A stretch of DNA of 33,863 nucleotides from Candidatus Benthicola azotiphorus. GTDB lineage: Bacteria > Gemmatimonadota > Gemmatimonadetes > Palauibacterales > Palauibacteraceae. The stretch is taken from contig CANPVW010000258.1 in the NCBI GenBank assembly GCA_947581745.1, positions 1 through 33,863 on the forward strand, given 5' to 3'. The position numbers and the translations under genes are program-made. The stretch's first letter is position 1, and each line of letters starts with the position of its first letter. The notes under the pieces are model-generated. The model worked only from the letters and a program-made list of their open reading frames with translations. It made no database searches and was not told where the DNA came from. This document shows, in pieces, positions 32,105 through 33,863 of the stretch.

Positions 32105-33568
32105 ATGTCGAAGATGATGAAGAGGGGTTCGGGGGCTCTGCTCTGCCTGGCAGCCCTGCTGTCGCCGGGACGCGCGAACGGGCAGGACGAGCAGGCGCGG
32201 GCGGCGCTGGAGCTGGAGCGCCAGGCGCAGGTGCTGGCCTCGGCGATGTCGGCCCAGAGAGCGGCCGCGCAGTACCAGGTCGCCGCGATGCAGGACGTCA
32301 GCGCGCTGGCCTTTCGGGCGCAGGTGATGGCCGACACGATCTACCGCGCGGCCCGCAGGGCGCTCAACGAGTCCGAATACCGGCGGGCGATCGAGCTGTT
32401 CGAGCAGTCGCTCTCGCAGGAGCCCCAGTACTCCGCCGAGGCGCTGTACTACCAGGCGCTCGCCTACTACAGGATCGGTGGACGCAGCAACTACGATCGG
32501 GCGATGCAGAAGCTCCAGGAGCAGATGAGGCGCTATCCCGATGCGGCCTCGCGCGGTGACGCGGAGGAGTTGGCAGTCCGGATCGAAGGCGAACTGGCGC
32601 GACGGGGCGATTCGCAGGCGGCCGAGCGCCTGGCCCGCGAGGCGGACCGCCTGGACCGGGAGATCTCGCAGGAGGTCGACGTCGAGGCGCAGCGAGAAGC
32701 CGAGATCAAGGCGATGGCGCTCCAGGCCCTGATCCAGGCGGATCCGGACAGGGCGATTCCGTACCTCACGAAGGTCCTGAAGAACCGGACACCGGAGACC
32801 GCCGATCTCCGGGCCCAGGCGATCTTCATCCTCGGGCAGCACGAGTCCGACCAGACGCTGGACCTGATGCTGGACGTGGTGCGGAACGACCCGGATCCGG
32901 AGGTGAAGGCGCAGGCGGCCTTCTGGCTCACCCAGGTCGACGATCCGCGAGCGATCGACGCCACGATCTCGATTCTCGAGGACCCGAACATCGACGAGGA
33001 CTTGAAGGGGCAGGCGGTATTCGCGCTCGGACAGACCAACGATCCCCGGGCGGGGAAGATCCTGCGGGACTACGCCTCGCGCTCCGATGTCGATCCCGAG
33101 GTGCGGGGGATGGCGGTCCACGGACTCGCGCAGCACCCGTCGCCCGAGAACGCGGCGCTTTTGAAGCAGATGTTCCGGCAGATCGATGATCCGGAAGTGC
33201 GCGACCAGATCCTGTTCGCGCTCACGCAGATGCCCGAAGCGGTGGACGGCGACTGGCTGCTCGCGATCTTCAGCGATCCGAAGGAGGACGACGAAGTCCG
33301 CCAGATGGCGCTGTTCATGGCGGGGCAGACGGGCAACGTGGACGCGGGCGTGCTGAGTCAGATGTACGACAGTGCCGGCAACCGGGAGATGAAGGAGCAG
33401 ATCCTGTTCACGCTGACGCAGATCGACGGCGAGGCGGCGTTCGACAAGATGCTGCAGATCGCCCGCACCGAAGAGGACCCGGAGCTCCGTCAGAACGCCG
33501 TGTTCTGGATCGGTCAGTCCGGCGATCCACGGGCGCAGGAAGTGCTGCTCGAGATCCTGGAGCAGTAG
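32105..33568 (+). CDS. Secreted HEAT-repeat (PBS-lyase HEAT-like) protein with N-terminal coiled-coil/TPR-like region
   Basis: The signal peptide is MSKMMKRGSGALLCLAALLSPGRANG, with GAGGAG upstream of ATG 32105. Eight to nine ~31-aa repeats carry the motif D(P)E(V/L)(R/K).QA.F.L(G/T)Q, for example DPEVKAQAAFWLTQV, DEDLKGQAVFALGQT, DPEVRDQILFALTQM and DPELRQNAVFWIGQS. Confidence 0.8.
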   Translation: MSKMMKRGSGALLCLAALLSPGRANGQDEQARAALELERQAQVLASAMSAQRAAAQYQVAAMQDVSALAFRAQVMADTIYRAARRALNESEYRRAIELFEQSLSQEPQYSAEALYYQALAYYRIGGRSNYDRAMQKLQEQMRRYPDAASRGDAEELAVRIEGELARRGDSQAAERLAREADRLDREISQEVDVEAQREAEIKAMALQALIQADPDRAIPYLTKVLKNRTPETADLRAQAIFILGQHESDQTLDLMLDVVRNDPDPEVKAQAAFWLTQVDDPRAIDATISILEDPNIDEDLKGQAVFALGQTNDPRAGKILRDYASRSDVDPEVRGMAVHGLAQHPSPENAALLKQMFRQIDDPEVRDQILFALTQMPEAVDGDWLLAIFSDPKEDDEVRQMALFMAGQTGNVDAGVLSQMYDSAGNREMKEQILFTLTQIDGEAAFDKMLQIARTEEDPELRQNAVFWIGQSGDPRAQEVLLEILEQ

Positions 33569-33597
33569 CCACCGACCGCGGACGAGGTGAGGCGAGG

Positions 33598-33863
33598 ATG
33601 AGGCTGAGGACAGCAGGGCGGATGATGCGGGGTGGTGCGGGTCCGGTGGCGGCGCTCTTCTCGAGCGTCGCCGCCGTCTCCTTGCTGGCCACCGCCTCGC
33701 CGATCGGCGCGCAGGAAACAGGGAGCCTGGCCCGGCTGATCGCCGCGGCCCCGGACGGCACGGTGCGGTTCCACTACCCCGCGCGGGAAGGGATCTGCGG
33801 TGACGGCCACGGGATCAACATCCACCGCGAGACGGACGACGTCGACGGCCGGCGGTGCGAGGA
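33598..33863 (+). CDS. Hypothetical secreted protein, N-terminal fragment (continues beyond the window)
   Basis: ATG 33598 (GAGG 5 nt upstream) opens a frame that runs to the window end: MRLRTAGRMMRGGAGPVAALFSSVAAVSLLATASPIGA|QETGSLARLIAAAPDGTVRFHYPAREGICGDGHGINIH... It has a signal-peptide-like N-terminus and lies 29 nt after the HEAT gene stop. It is absent from the ORF track because no stop occurs in the window. Confidence 0.55.
   Translation, partial: MRLRTAGRMMRGGAGPVAALFSSVAAVSLLATASPIGAQETGSLARLIAAAPDGTVRFHYPAREGICGDGHGINIHRETDDVDGRRCE

Overview
This is a high-GC (about two-thirds G+C by eye) bacterial chromosomal segment, densely coding on both strands. The gene content resembles Gemmatimonadota/Acidobacteriota-type genomes: TPR-tailed Ser/Thr kinases sharing an 'LPF' sensor module, an ECF sigma/anti-sigma/HEAT operon, and signal peptides ending ...A|Q. 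That placement is an impression, not a search result.

I can support 32 protein-coding genes (two truncated by the window edges), one tRNA-Arg(CCT), a few hairpin terminators and one strong palindromic operator candidate. I saw no rRNA, CRISPR array, transposase or integrase.

Gene order:
- M19 dipeptidase 3' end.
- Five-gene minus-strand sugar operon: GDP-mannose 3,5-epimerase, RbsD/FucU, anomeric GHMP kinase, tandem HxGH nucleotidyltransferase, FucP permease.
- VOC protein.
- GMC flavoprotein with a TAT small subunit.
- Secreted DinB protein.
- cydAB.
- Radical SAM gene divergent from DUF134 / NifX-like / CGGC genes.
- ECF sigma factor with a Cys-bearing C-terminal extension.
- Thioredoxin-VKOR fusion.
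- Thioesterase.
- Nucleotidyltransferase.
- Ser/Thr kinase 1.
- tRNA-Arg.
- Hsp20.
- Two convergent secreted tandem-domain proteins.
- NAD-type formate dehydrogenase operon (NuoE-NuoF fusion, embedded 4-TM protein, alpha subunit).
- Ser/Thr kinase 2.
- ECF sigma, anti-sigma, secreted HEAT-repeat protein and a partial secreted protein.

Best candidates for undescribed biology:
1. The 233-4526 operon, which joins uptake, anomerisation, C1 phosphorylation and nucleotide activation to a genuine GME. This could be a nucleotide-sugar-level route for L-hexose salvage or catabolism.
2. The radical SAM/DUF134/NifX-like/CGGC cluster (10957-13218), which has an AT-rich palindrome in its divergent promoter region.
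3. The membrane protein translationally coupled inside the formate dehydrogenase operon.
4. The convergent pair of secreted internally duplicated proteins.
5. A tRNA 3'-end duplication that looks like an att scar.

All calls rest on reading motifs by eye. Start codons are inferred from RBS spacing and overlaps and may be off by a few codons.
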